The notes under the pieces are model-generated. The model saw only the letters and a list, made by a program, of their open reading frames with translations, was not told the DNA's origin and searched no databases. 64,000 nucleotides of DNA, taken from a virus (taxonomy: Duplodnaviria > Caudoviricetes). Within the stretch, counting starts at the first letter, position 1, and every line of letters starts with the position of its first letter. The translations under genes were made by a program, and so were the position numbers. Of this stretch, positions 39,006 through 48,655 are shown piece after piece. The DNA lies in the IMG/VR virus record IMGVR_UViG_3300028197_000002; one strand, written 5' to 3'.

Positions 39006-39661
39006 TGCTTGAGTTTTTTTTAATATGTCAATTATCAATAGATATTTTAATTAAAAACTTAGGGGATGAAAATTACCAAAATAGAAGAATCGCATACAGT
39101 CAATTAGAAAAAATAGGATATGAAAAAATTGACCATCTAAAAGAAAACATGGATCATGAAGATCTTGAAATAAAGCTTAGTTGTATGCATCTTTATGAGT
39201 CGTATTTTTATATAACTGATGAGGAGGGAGAAATTCCTAGCGTCTGGTTTTTGGATAAAAAAGAAAGATTTCCAAATGGATATAAAATAAAAACTTTCGA
39301 AGATAAATCTTTGTGTTATTTAGAATTCGAAAAAGATGTAGCCTTGGAATATTTTGACAATTATAAAAAATTAGATAATTGCTACGATGACTATTGCGAT
39401 TACATAGAATATTGCGATTGCGTTTTTTACAGAAATGTGCAAACAAGCAAATTAGCAATGAAAGACTACATCAAAGACCAGCTATCAAAAGGAAGAGATA
39501 GAAATGAAATAAAAAAAATAGTAATTGAAGCTTCAAAAAAGATGAAAACTCACAAACTCTATTTCAAAACAAAAGATGCAACGGGAAAGAATTGGGATTG
39601 GTGGCATGAAGCTCCGGGTCCAACAATACTATTGAAAGATTATAAGTATCCGGGATATTAA
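39005..39661 (+). CDS. Hypothetical protein with a HEAT-like helical pair
   Basis: ILIKNLGDENYQNRRIAYSQLEKIG...DLEIKLSC motif. Confidence 0.45.
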   Translation: MLEFFLICQLSIDILIKNLGDENYQNRRIAYSQLEKIGYEKIDHLKENMDHEDLEIKLSCMHLYESYFYITDEEGEIPSVWFLDKKERFPNGYKIKTFEDKSLCYLEFEKDVALEYFDNYKKLDNCYDDYCDYIEYCDCVFYRNVQTSKLAMKDYIKDQLSKGRDRNEIKKIVIEASKKMKTHKLYFKTKDATGKNWDWWHEAPGPTILLKDYKYPGY

Positions 39662-40455
39662 TTAATTAGCTTTACAACCTCGTCTACAGAAACATCCCAG
39701 TCTTTTTTTCTTATCACTTTTACTTTTGTATTAAATGGATTCCAATCTTTTTTAAATCGAATATGATTTTTATCATCATACGGATCTCCATACCAAGAAA
39801 CCTGATTGCAACCGCAAAGAGAGGCAAAATGTATTGGTCCACTTGATGGACCAACTATTAAAGTACTAGAAGATAAAACATCTGCGAGTTTTCTTAAAGG
39901 AACTCCTCTTAAATCTTCTCCTCCAATCATAGATGCGCTATTTCTAGTTCCTATTGTGGCTGTTCTTTTATTCTTAAAAAAAGAAGTTAATTCGCTCCAT
40001 TTGGAATCAGACCAATTGCGATAACCGGTTTTATTTTTATTGGTTTTTCGACCATGCCAAACAATGTCATATCCTTTTGTTTTGTTGCCATATTTAAAAT
40101 ATTTTTGATTTTTAAAATTATTAAATAGTGGCTTCTGGTCCAAAACATGCCTATGGTCGTATCGAAGAACAGGTTTGTTTGGCGATATCCATTTATCATT
40201 TCTAAGACGACATTTAAATATCTCTTCAAAGGAAGGAATTTTGTAATCCTTACAATTCCACATGTCTGTTTCTTCACAAAGAATATCTAAAGAAAATATA
40301 TCGTCAGCAAAGTCTTCATAAAGAACTTCATGTCCAGATCTACAAGCAACAACTACTTTTTTATAATTGTTCTTTAAATATCTAATGTGCGCTTGCCAAC
40401 AGAAAAGTTCCCATCCAAATTCTCCGACCCAAGGCCCAGCATATAAAGTGCTCAT
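39658..40455 (-). CDS. GT9-like (GT-B) glycosyltransferase
   Basis: GEFGWEL N-motif; DLRG..L..LADVLSSSTLIVGPSSGPIHFASLCG C-motif. Confidence 0.75.
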   Translation of the reverse strand: MSTLYAGPWVGEFGWELFCWQAHIRYLKNNYKKVVVACRSGHEVLYEDFADDIFSLDILCEETDMWNCKDYKIPSFEEIFKCRLRNDKWISPNKPVLRYDHRHVLDQKPLFNNFKNQKYFKYGNKTKGYDIVWHGRKTNKNKTGYRNWSDSKWSELTSFFKNKRTATIGTRNSASMIGGEDLRGVPLRKLADVLSSSTLIVGPSSGPIHFASLCGCNQVSWYGDPYDDKNHIRFKKDWNPFNTKVKVIRKKDWDVSVDEVVKLIN

Positions 40456-40459
40456 AAAT

Positions 40460-41191
40460 TCACTTTAAAATTCTAGTCAGTTGTGCTTGGCCCCATTTGG
40501 CATCCGTATTTGCAATATATTTTTTTTCAGAGGCGCAATCTATCGTTAAGTTTTCACTTACTTTTTTTGTAAATGTAGGATTTTTCAATTGACAGTTTTT
40601 TGTTCTAGTGTCATTTCCATGGCCTATGCACATTGTATATTTTGGATCTACAATTCTTAACTCCAATTCATTATGCATTCTGCATCTGAATTGAAAGTTT
40701 GTGTCTTCCATACTCCAACCAAGATTTATGGCCTCGTCATATCCATTAACAGAATAAAAATGTTCTTTTTTACAAGTTATCATTCCGCAAGTCCCAAGGT
40801 TGCCTCTATAGTCAGATTCAGAAGCCGCCAATATTATTCCTTTAGGCTCTTGAAATGTAGTAGCAGTAATTTCACAAAAGTTGGGAACTAAAATATTGTC
40901 ACAATCTAAATTGCACAATAAATCTCCATCCGCTTGTTTGTGCGCTATGTTTTTGGCATGAGCAGCAACCCACCATTTAGCTTCAATAGTTTTATAATAC
41001 TTAACAAGGCCAGAGTCTAAATGCTCCTGTAGATTGTCTCTTACCCAAGAATCCATAGAATCCTTGCTATTGTAATTCAAAAGCACAAACTCTCTGTTTT
41101 TATAACTACTTGAGTTTTCAATGCTCTTTAAATATGTTTCTTTTAAATGAAACAAACGATCCATACATGTTGTGCAAAATGATATCTTCAT
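40460..41191 (-). CDS. GT2/GT7C-type glycosyltransferase
   Basis: MKISFCTTCMDR, AKNIAH, CNLDCDN (DxD), VNGYDE..GWSMEDTNF. ATG at 41191 preferred. Confidence 0.8.
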   Translation of the reverse strand: MKISFCTTCMDRLFHLKETYLKSIENSSSYKNREFVLLNYNSKDSMDSWVRDNLQEHLDSGLVKYYKTIEAKWWVAAHAKNIAHKQADGDLLCNLDCDNILVPNFCEITATTFQEPKGIILAASESDYRGNLGTCGMITCKKEHFYSVNGYDEAINLGWSMEDTNFQFRCRMHNELELRIVDPKYTMCIGHGNDTRTKNCQLKNPTFTKKVSENLTIDCASEKKYIANTDAKWGQAQLTRILK

Positions 41192-41204
41192 GTAAATATA
41201 TAAA

Positions 41205-41849
41205 TTATTCTTTATCACATTTTTCATTAGTAAAAAAAGCAACCATCGCAGAACGAACATGATCGCCTGCATCTGAATCAACTCTGTTTATAGAATGCCA
41301 AACTCCACCCTTTGTGTAGACTAGTCTATTTGGCTTTGCTGTAATATACATTCCCATGCCACTATGCCCTAAAAAAGAATCTTCAAAAGTATGGTCTAAA
41401 GAAGGGTCTGGAACATTTGCACAAGGAGGAGTTTGAGCCAACATAAGTTCTCCACCCCAAGTAGAAGCCCAATAAGGATGAGTGTAAAATATTCCTGCGC
41501 CTGTGTAGCCTTTGTCATCATGCCAGTTTAACTTAGATCCAGATGGGTAAAGATAATTTCTAATACATATCTCATTCCAATCAGGAACTAAATCTGGGTG
41601 CTGTTTTGAAGTCTCACTAAATACTCGACTAATAGTATCAATTGGATTGTTATAAGGACCTTTGGAATGATGAAACATTTGACTGCCAATAGTCTCTCCA
41701 TCATTTTGTCTCCAAACTTTTGTCCAACCAGATACATGAGGACTGCTATATTTTAGTTGCTGAACAAGTTGCCAAACTTCTGTAAATGCTTCTGGGCTTA
41801 AAACATTGTCATAAACCACACATTTGTCATTTTCAAAAACTTTATCCAT
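41205..41849 (-). CDS. 2OG-Fe(II) oxygenase (prolyl-hydroxylase-like)
   Basis: WHDD (HxD), WGGEL, NRLV, WHSINRV, distal R. Confidence 0.85.
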   Translation of the reverse strand: MDKVFENDKCVVYDNVLSPEAFTEVWQLVQQLKYSSPHVSGWTKVWRQNDGETIGSQMFHHSKGPYNNPIDTISRVFSETSKQHPDLVPDWNEICIRNYLYPSGSKLNWHDDKGYTGAGIFYTHPYWASTWGGELMLAQTPPCANVPDPSLDHTFEDSFLGHSGMGMYITAKPNRLVYTKGGVWHSINRVDSDAGDHVRSAMVAFFTNEKCDKE

Positions 41850-42432
41850 TTGATACTCTCTGATTTAAATTTTTTAAAAAATAATGATACTTTTCATAAC
41901 TTTTGTTTGCTTGTCTAATAATGGTTTCATTTTCAAAATTGGTTGTATTTAAATTAAAAATATCACCATCGTAGTTCAGTTTAATTTCCAGATATTCCTC
42001 TATTAAGGGAAAAGCTTTTTTGCTTTTCAAATCTTCCCAGTTTAAAATTAAACCACTTTTTGTTTTTTTTGCCATTTCGCAAATTCTTCTAAGTCTAAAT
42101 CTATAATAATCTGAGAATCTTTCAATATTTTGATTTGTAGAATTTTTATGTTTTTCAAAAAACTCTCCAAAAGTTCCCCTTGGAGATCTAATTACATAAA
42201 TAAATTTAGAGAATTCATAAAAACTTTTACTGGACAAGTTATAATTTTTTAAAATTTGATCACCAAAAATCTTGTGTTTTTGATTGATAATTGAGTTTAA
42301 GGCCTCCGGGTGGTCATAAATATTATCATCAGACCCTAATTTAAACTCACATCTTGGATTCTTGTTCAATATTTCAGTTAATTCTACGGACCCAGAATAA
42401 AAATGACTTACGATAAAGCAAAAATTTTTCAT
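41842..42432 (-). CDS. Sulfotransferase-like P-loop protein
   Basis: SHFYSGS (5'-PSB-like), IYVIRSP (3'-PB-like), LNWEDL; divergent. Confidence 0.55.
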   Translation of the reverse strand: MKNFCFIVSHFYSGSVELTEILNKNPRCEFKLGSDDNIYDHPEALNSIINQKHKIFGDQILKNYNLSSKSFYEFSKFIYVIRSPRGTFGEFFEKHKNSTNQNIERFSDYYRFRLRRICEMAKKTKSGLILNWEDLKSKKAFPLIEEYLEIKLNYDGDIFNLNTTNFENETIIRQANKSYEKYHYFLKNLNQRVSNG

Positions 42433-42489
42433 AACTATAATAAGTATAGTAACTAAGTATATAAATGAATAATCAAATGAGGTATTTAA

Positions 42490-45003
42490 ATGGCTTGGTG
42501 GGATTTCTACAAAATTTGGACTTATGAATTTGAAAAAGGACCTTTAGAGTTATCTAAAATTTCCAAAGATTCTCAAATAACCGGCGCAGGAGTAACTGTT
42601 CCTGATGCCATGCCGGATTTGCGGGGAGAATTATGGAGTGGAGGAGCTAAAGGCCAAGTTCGACTTCATGACAGTAATGACTTTATTGATCTTTCTACTG
42701 TTACAAATAGACAGTCCAGATATAACGAATACGAAAGATTAAGAAACATACCAGAAATAGAAATGGCTATGACCACTATTTCTGATGAAGCTTGCGTTGC
42801 TGGAGATACTAAAATCTCCACTCTATTCGAAGGATACGTTCCGATAGAAAAGTTAGCAGCACGATGGAAAAAAGATCCAAGTCCTTTTCTTGTTTATTGC
42901 TGGGACTTTGAAAAACAAGACTACACTTTAGGTTGGGCTTATGATCCTAGATTTGTAAAAAGAGAAAAAACATTAAAAATAAAATTAGATGATGGAAGTC
43001 ATTTCATAGTCACAGCTGACCATAGGATTCTTGATGCAGATCAGAATTGGATTAACGCTGGAGATTTGAAAGAAGGCGGGGAGATTATGCCTTTTTATAA
43101 AATTAATCCTAATAGGTCTTTAAATAAAATTATTCATAACCAATTTCCAAGGATTTATACGAAAAATGGATGGAAAAATGAAAGACAATTCATAGAAGAT
43201 TGGAAATCTAATGGGTCTAATGAAAAACAAAAAGAAGTTCAGAAAGCCATAAGACTTTTGTCAAGTGGAGCTAGCACAAGACAAACAGCAGACATGATGG
43301 GGAGAAGCTGGCCTACGTTAGATTCTTGGATTAAAAAAGAAGGATTTACTACCAAAGAATTAAAATGGCTAGGAGAAAAAAGAAAACAAAGGAAAATTAT
43401 AGGCATTCAAGAATATAACGAAATGAATGTTTATGATCTTTCTGTAAAGAATCACAAAAATTTCTGTACCGACTCAACAATCATGCATAATTGCCAAAGA
43501 GACGATTATAATAATGTTTTGGAAATAGAGTGCGGCAACGAAGAAGTTAAAAAAGAGCTTGAGTTTTTATGTTTTAATAGAAAAATGTTGAACATAAATA
43601 GAAAAGCTTGGTCTATGGTTAAAAGACTTTGCATTTTTGGAGATGGTTTCTATGAACTAATAACAAATCCAGAAAGCCCAAAAGACGGCGTTTTAAAAAT
43701 GCAAGAGCTTCCTCCTGACTCTATGTATAAAATCGTCACTACAAAAGGAAAATTAGTAGAATTTCAACAATCTAAAGAAGGACCTGATTATCAATCCTTA
43801 ACAAGAGGCACTATAACAAAAGCTACAGATTTAGAATTAATGCAATCTACTGCCATAAGATTTAGTCCTCATCAAGTGGTTCATATGTATTTGGGCGAAG
43901 ATAGGAAAACTTTTTATCCATATGGTCAGTCATTGGTTGAACCTGCCCGAGGGCCAGCCCATCAGTTAAGATTAATGGAAGATGCAATGGTGGTTTACAG
44001 ATTAAGTAGAGCACCAGAAAGAAGAGTTTTTTACATTGATGTTGGACAACTTCCTCCATTTAAAGCAGAGGCTTTTGTGGAAAGAATGAAAGATCAATTC
44101 CGAAAAAAGAAGACGGGCCGTCAAGGAGGTCCGAACAACGCCAATGTTGTTGAGGAAAGATGGTCAGCACCAGCAGCAGATGAAGATTATTGGTTGCCTA
44201 TTCGACCTCAAGCTAATACAAGAATAGAAACATTACCGGGAGCGCAAAATCTAGGAGAAATAGATGACGCCCTGTATTTCAGAAACAAGCTTTTTACTGC
44301 GCTTAACTTTCCTAAAAATTACATAAACACAGAAGATCCTAATCAAACAAGAATAACTCTTTCTGCTCAAGATGCTAGATTCGCAAGAATGGTAGAAAGA
44401 ATTCAATCAAGTATAGAAGATGGAATTCTTCAGATATGTGAAACCCATTTAGAGATGAGAGGATTTCCATTTGATCAGTATGAAAATTTAAAAATTAAAA
44501 TGACTCCGCCAAGTGCTTGGAAAGAACTAAGTGAAGCGGAAATTCAAAATAATAGAATAAACGTAGTAACACAATTAAAAAGCTCTTTGATAATGTCAGA
44601 CTACGATTTATTAACTAAATTCATGAAATATACTGAATCTGAGGCTGAAGGTATTATATCTCGCAATAAAATACAAAAATTGGAAGATCTAAAAATTCAA
44701 GTTGTTGGACAAAATCCTCAATTATTAGGAGTAGGCACTCCGGGAAATAATGAAGAAGGAACAGAGATAGGAGTTAATGCAGAAGGTCCAAATCCGATGC
44801 TCGGAATAGATGGAGAAAATCAAGAATCTGGACAAGAAGGAACTCCAAATTTAGAAGATATGTCTGATCAGGGGTCAGATGCTAAATCTAATGTTGAGCT
44901 AGAATCTCCCTCAGATGAAGAAATTAAAAAATATGATTTGGGAATAGAAAATTATAATAAAACAGTTGATGATGAAGTAATTGACTGGAGCGAGGAGGAA
45001 TAA
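42490..45003 (+). CDS. gp20: Portal protein (T4 gp20-like) containing an intein
   Basis: QLRLMEDAMVVYRLSRAPERRVFYIDVGQLP, EDYWLP, IETLPGAQNLGEIDD; T4-like head-module position. Confidence 0.95.
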   Translation: MAWWDFYKIWTYEFEKGPLELSKISKDSQITGAGVTVPDAMPDLRGELWSGGAKGQVRLHDSNDFIDLSTVTNRQSRYNEYERLRNIPEIEMAMTTISDEACVAGDTKISTLFEGYVPIEKLAARWKKDPSPFLVYCWDFEKQDYTLGWAYDPRFVKREKTLKIKLDDGSHFIVTADHRILDADQNWINAGDLKEGGEIMPFYKINPNRSLNKIIHNQFPRIYTKNGWKNERQFIEDWKSNGSNEKQKEVQKAIRLLSSGASTRQTADMMGRSWPTLDSWIKKEGFTTKELKWLGEKRKQRKIIGIQEYNEMNVYDLSVKNHKNFCTDSTIMHNCQRDDYNNVLEIECGNEEVKKELEFLCFNRKMLNINRKAWSMVKRLCIFGDGFYELITNPESPKDGVLKMQELPPDSMYKIVTTKGKLVEFQQSKEGPDYQSLTRGTITKATDLELMQSTAIRFSPHQVVHMYLGEDRKTFYPYGQSLVEPARGPAHQLRLMEDAMVVYRLSRAPERRVFYIDVGQLPPFKAEAFVERMKDQFRKKKTGRQGGPNNANVVEERWSAPAADEDYWLPIRPQANTRIETLPGAQNLGEIDDALYFRNKLFTALNFPKNYINTEDPNQTRITLSAQDARFARMVERIQSSIEDGILQICETHLEMRGFPFDQYENLKIKMTPPSAWKELSEAEIQNNRINVVTQLKSSLIMSDYDLLTKFMKYTESEAEGIISRNKIQKLEDLKIQVVGQNPQLLGVGTPGNNEEGTEIGVNAEGPNPMLGIDGENQESGQEGTPNLEDMSDQGSDAKSNVELESPSDEEIKKYDLGIENYNKTVDDEVIDWSEEE
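42793..43491 (+). mobile_element. Intein (233 aa) in portal, no intact endonuclease, HTH-like insert
   Basis: N-splice EA|CVAGDTKI, block B VTADHRI, block F VYDLSV..HKNF, C-splice IMHN|CQR with Cys+1. Confidence 0.92.
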
Positions 45004-45126
45004 TAATAAAAAACGTATCTTTGATGCATACTATACATCTAGAAGTGATCACTCAATGATTAGTAATTGTCGAACAATTACTTGAATCATTTATTAATAA
45101 ATGAATAAATTAGGAGCATTATACCT

Positions 45127-46869
45127 ATGAAGAGAAAACTCATCGAATTCGATGTCTTCGAACAAATAAAAGAAGGCTCGCTTTCAAAGGCTGAAAGTGA
45201 ATTAATCGAAGCCGCATCGTACTTAGAAAAAACACTAAATTTAGAAGCAGTTAGTTTAAACTGCTTTGATCAAGATCAAGTGTTGTACGAAACAATTGAC
45301 GGTTCTTATGTAAAAGCAAGCTACACAATAAGCGAAGGCGTTGTGGAATTTGATGACATAGAACAATTAGTAATTAATGAAGAGTCAGAAAAGCAAAAAT
45401 CAAAAGAAATAATTTCTCAAATGCTTGAAAGCTTAATTGAATCTGATGACGAAAAAGCAGAACATTTTTTTGAGCAATGGCTAGATGCGCCATTTGCAAA
45501 AAGAATTTATAGCGAAATGAGAAAGAAGAGAGTAGTTCCAAAGCGCAAAGATGGGAAAATTGTCGGTTATACAACAGCTTACTGGAGCGTTACTCCTAAG
45601 AAAAGACAAAAAGCTTCCACAAAAATTGCCAGAACAAAAGGCAAAGTAAAATCCCAAAGAAAAACGTCTCCTGCTTTAAAGCGTATGAGAGCTTCTCAAA
45701 GAAGCAGAATGAAATCCGCTTTAGGAAGAATGGCAGAGTGGCAAAATATTTCTGAAAATACAGCAATGTATGTTCAGAAAAATAATAATGGGAACATAAA
45801 TGTAGAAAGCGCATTTGACAAAAAAGGCAATATAACTTGCGTTAAAGTTCCTACATCGAATTCAAGAGATAAATCTAGATCTTTGCAATTAGATTGGAAA
45901 ACTTTAAACAGTGAAAGCATTCAAAAAAGAAAAGATGCTTTTGTATTAATTGAAAATAATGATTTTGTAAAATTAGTTTCAAACTTAAGAAAGCAAAATG
46001 CATTGTCGAAAACAAATGAATTCCAAGATTTGCTAGAAACACTAGTAACAACATGGTCAGAAGTTGTTTACTTGACAGAAAAAGAGCTTTCTGAAGCTGT
46101 TAAGTTCTGCTTGGAAACAGTTGAAGATAAAAACTATGATGATGAAACTTGCGAATACATAGCAGAAAGCATTCTTAAGACAGCTCATGTAAACTTAGAA
46201 GACAGAGTTTCCAAAATACTAAAGCTCTCTGGCACTCAGTTAAATGAAGACCAAGAGCAAAACACATACGAAAGCTTTAAAAAGGTTTGTGAGGATTATA
46301 TCAATAAAATTGAAGAATCCGCCGCCGAAGAAATGCAAGTTTTTGTTGATCTTTATGAAGCATTAAGAAGTGTTCATGAAATAGCCAAAGAAGAAGAAGA
46401 AAAAGAAATAGTCTCTGAAGTTTCTTCAATATTGAATAATTTAATTAAAGTTATTCAAGAAGAAAAAGAGCCTTCTTTGAAATTAGCTTCGGAAGCATCA
46501 GCATGGCTCCATGACTTTGTTCAAGCTAATTTAGTATCAGAAGATTGGGAAGCAGAAGAGCCTCATGAGTCTTCGGAAGGAGACACAGTAGATTATGAAT
46601 CTGAAGTTCATATCTCTACGGATGGCGCAGAAGAAAATGAAGGTGAAGAACAAGCCAAAGACGGACTTGGAAATGAAGAAGGAAAGGATGTTTATCCAAA
46701 AATAGAAAATCCTTTCTTGCTCAAGAACGCTTCTCATGACGATTGTAAAGTACATGGCGAAGAAGAAAAGGAAGGTTTAGGAGATGACTGTTGTGACGGC
46801 AAAGATGTTTATCCTGAACTTAAAAATCCTTTTCAAAAAGCACACGGCAAGGAAGCACAAGAAAAATAA
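45127..46869 (+). CDS. Probable prohead core protein (gp67/gp68 position)
   Basis: Lies between portal and protease; very acidic with one strongly basic internal tract and many (I/L)xE sites. Confidence 0.55.
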   Translation: MKRKLIEFDVFEQIKEGSLSKAESELIEAASYLEKTLNLEAVSLNCFDQDQVLYETIDGSYVKASYTISEGVVEFDDIEQLVINEESEKQKSKEIISQMLESLIESDDEKAEHFFEQWLDAPFAKRIYSEMRKKRVVPKRKDGKIVGYTTAYWSVTPKKRQKASTKIARTKGKVKSQRKTSPALKRMRASQRSRMKSALGRMAEWQNISENTAMYVQKNNNGNINVESAFDKKGNITCVKVPTSNSRDKSRSLQLDWKTLNSESIQKRKDAFVLIENNDFVKLVSNLRKQNALSKTNEFQDLLETLVTTWSEVVYLTEKELSEAVKFCLETVEDKNYDDETCEYIAESILKTAHVNLEDRVSKILKLSGTQLNEDQEQNTYESFKKVCEDYINKIEESAAEEMQVFVDLYEALRSVHEIAKEEEEKEIVSEVSSILNNLIKVIQEEKEPSLKLASEASAWLHDFVQANLVSEDWEAEEPHESSEGDTVDYESEVHISTDGAEENEGEEQAKDGLGNEEGKDVYPKIENPFLLKNASHDDCKVHGEEEKEGLGDDCCDGKDVYPELKNPFQKAHGKEAQEK

Positions 46870-46883
46870 AAAAGGAGGAAATC

Positions 46884-47690
46884 ATGGAACTTTTAGTAGA
46901 ACATGACATGTCTCCCGGAACAGTTTATGAAAATAAATTAATTTTGGGTGGTGCGTGTTCCGCTGTTTTAAACGAAATGAATCTACATGAATCTTCGGGT
47001 GCTAATGGTACTTTAGTTAAATTCAAAGGTAAATTTCAAGAAGCAGAAGCGGTAAACAAAAACAAAAGAATGTATCCATTTGATGTTTTAGATTCTAATG
47101 TCAACGCATTAAATGAGTGTATTTCTAATGGAGGTTTAATTGGAGAATTAGACCATCCAACTGACTCTATTATTCATTTCGCAAATGCATCTCACAAAGT
47201 TAGCAAACTTTGGTGGGACGGCAAAACGCTAATGGGCGAGGGAGTCATTCTAAATACCCCAAGTGGTAAAATTCTAAAAGCACTCATCAATGATGGTGTG
47301 CGAGTAGGAATTAGCAGTAGGGGTGTTGGAAATGGTAAGGTTAACGAGGAAGGCATATTGGTAATCGGAGAAAGTTACAAGTTAATAACATTCGATGCTG
47401 TGGCTGATCCTAGTACCTCTCAAGCTTTTCAAGAGCGCGTAGTCTCAAAAGAAAGCATAGATTCTATTCCTGTGCCACAAGCAGTAGAAAGCAATAAATC
47501 AGAAGATTCTTTGGAAGCTGAAGTAGCTCAAGAGGCTATAGCGGTAGAGTCCAAAGAAGAAAAAGATGAAGTAATTGCTAATAAAAACGAATCTAGCAGC
47601 ATAGATAGATTAAGTAAAGATTTAATAATTGCTGCTTTTGGTAATATTGTTCAAGAACAAGCTAGTAAATTAAAAACGAGGTCGAGCTAA
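46884..47690 (+). CDS. gp21: Prohead maturation protease (T4 gp21-like)
   Basis: NKNKRMYP, GELDHP (His), GISSRGVG (Ser), ITFDAVADPS. Confidence 0.95.
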   Translation: MELLVEHDMSPGTVYENKLILGGACSAVLNEMNLHESSGANGTLVKFKGKFQEAEAVNKNKRMYPFDVLDSNVNALNECISNGGLIGELDHPTDSIIHFANASHKVSKLWWDGKTLMGEGVILNTPSGKILKALINDGVRVGISSRGVGNGKVNEEGILVIGESYKLITFDAVADPSTSQAFQERVVSKESIDSIPVPQAVESNKSEDSLEAEVAQEAIAVESKEEKDEVIANKNESSSIDRLSKDLIIAAFGNIVQEQASKLKTRSS

Positions 47691-48610
47691 TGGAAAAAAT
47701 CGTAGAAGCATTAACAAAGTTACTACCTGAAGATTCTGTGCAGGAAGTAGCAGAGGCAGTCACAGTTGAGCTTGAAAAAGCAAAGCAGGATTATGAGCAA
47801 GAGTTTAACTCTAAGCTTGAAGAAGCCTATGCAGAACTTTCAACAGAATTACAAGGTACAGAAGAAACAGCCCTTAAGGGTTACCAAGAAGCTTACGCTA
47901 TAATTGAAGATCTTCGAAATAGACTCGGAGTTCAACAAACAGAGTTTGAAGCTTCAATGGAAGAAGGATACGAAGAGGCATATCAAATGCTTCAATCTGA
48001 AAAGTCGAAGAATGAGAATTTAGAAGTAGAAATGTATGATCAATTCAATGATAAGCTTTCAGAAATGAAAGAATACATGGTTGATAAAGTTGATGCATTT
48101 TTGCAATTTAAAGGAAAAGAGCTTTATGAATCTGCTCGTGTTGAATTGTTAAACGATCCAGCAATTGCAGAGCAAAAAGTTATACTTAACAAAGTTGTTG
48201 AAACAATATCTGACTATATATCAGATGAAGATTACAATAACGCTGTTAATTCTAAGTTGACTGGTGCCGAAACTGAACTCGAAAGTCTTAAGAGTCAAAC
48301 AAAGATTCTTGAAGCTAGAAACATCAGACTCAGCACAGAAAACAACAAACTCAATGAAGCTGTCCGTGAAGCTGAACAAGTCATCACAGAAAGCGTCAAA
48401 GAGGAAAAGCAAGAAAGAGTTGAAATGGCCAAGAATGCGCAGGGGAGAGGACGTGCTGTCAACGATTCCGAACTTGTTGCAGAGTGGAGCGACGAAAAGG
48501 CTGAAGGATCAGAAAAACAACAAAACGTTGACACAACTTTAGTAGAAAGTCTTGACCCAGAGTTCTTGAAACAGATTCAAGTTCTTGCTGGAACCAGGGC
48601 TGCAGAATAA
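47690..48610 (+). CDS. gp22: Prohead scaffolding protein (T4 gp22-like)
   Basis: Acidic coiled coil between protease and MCP; VDKVDAFL motif. Confidence 0.8.
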   Translation: MEKIVEALTKLLPEDSVQEVAEAVTVELEKAKQDYEQEFNSKLEEAYAELSTELQGTEETALKGYQEAYAIIEDLRNRLGVQQTEFEASMEEGYEEAYQMLQSEKSKNENLEVEMYDQFNDKLSEMKEYMVDKVDAFLQFKGKELYESARVELLNDPAIAEQKVILNKVVETISDYISDEDYNNAVNSKLTGAETELESLKSQTKILEARNIRLSTENNKLNEAVREAEQVITESVKEEKQERVEMAKNAQGRGRAVNDSELVAEWSDEKAEGSEKQQNVDTTLVESLDPEFLKQIQVLAGTRAAE

Positions 48611-48655
48611 TTTTATATTTCTTTAGTAAAAAAGTATCAAGGAGAAAACAATATC

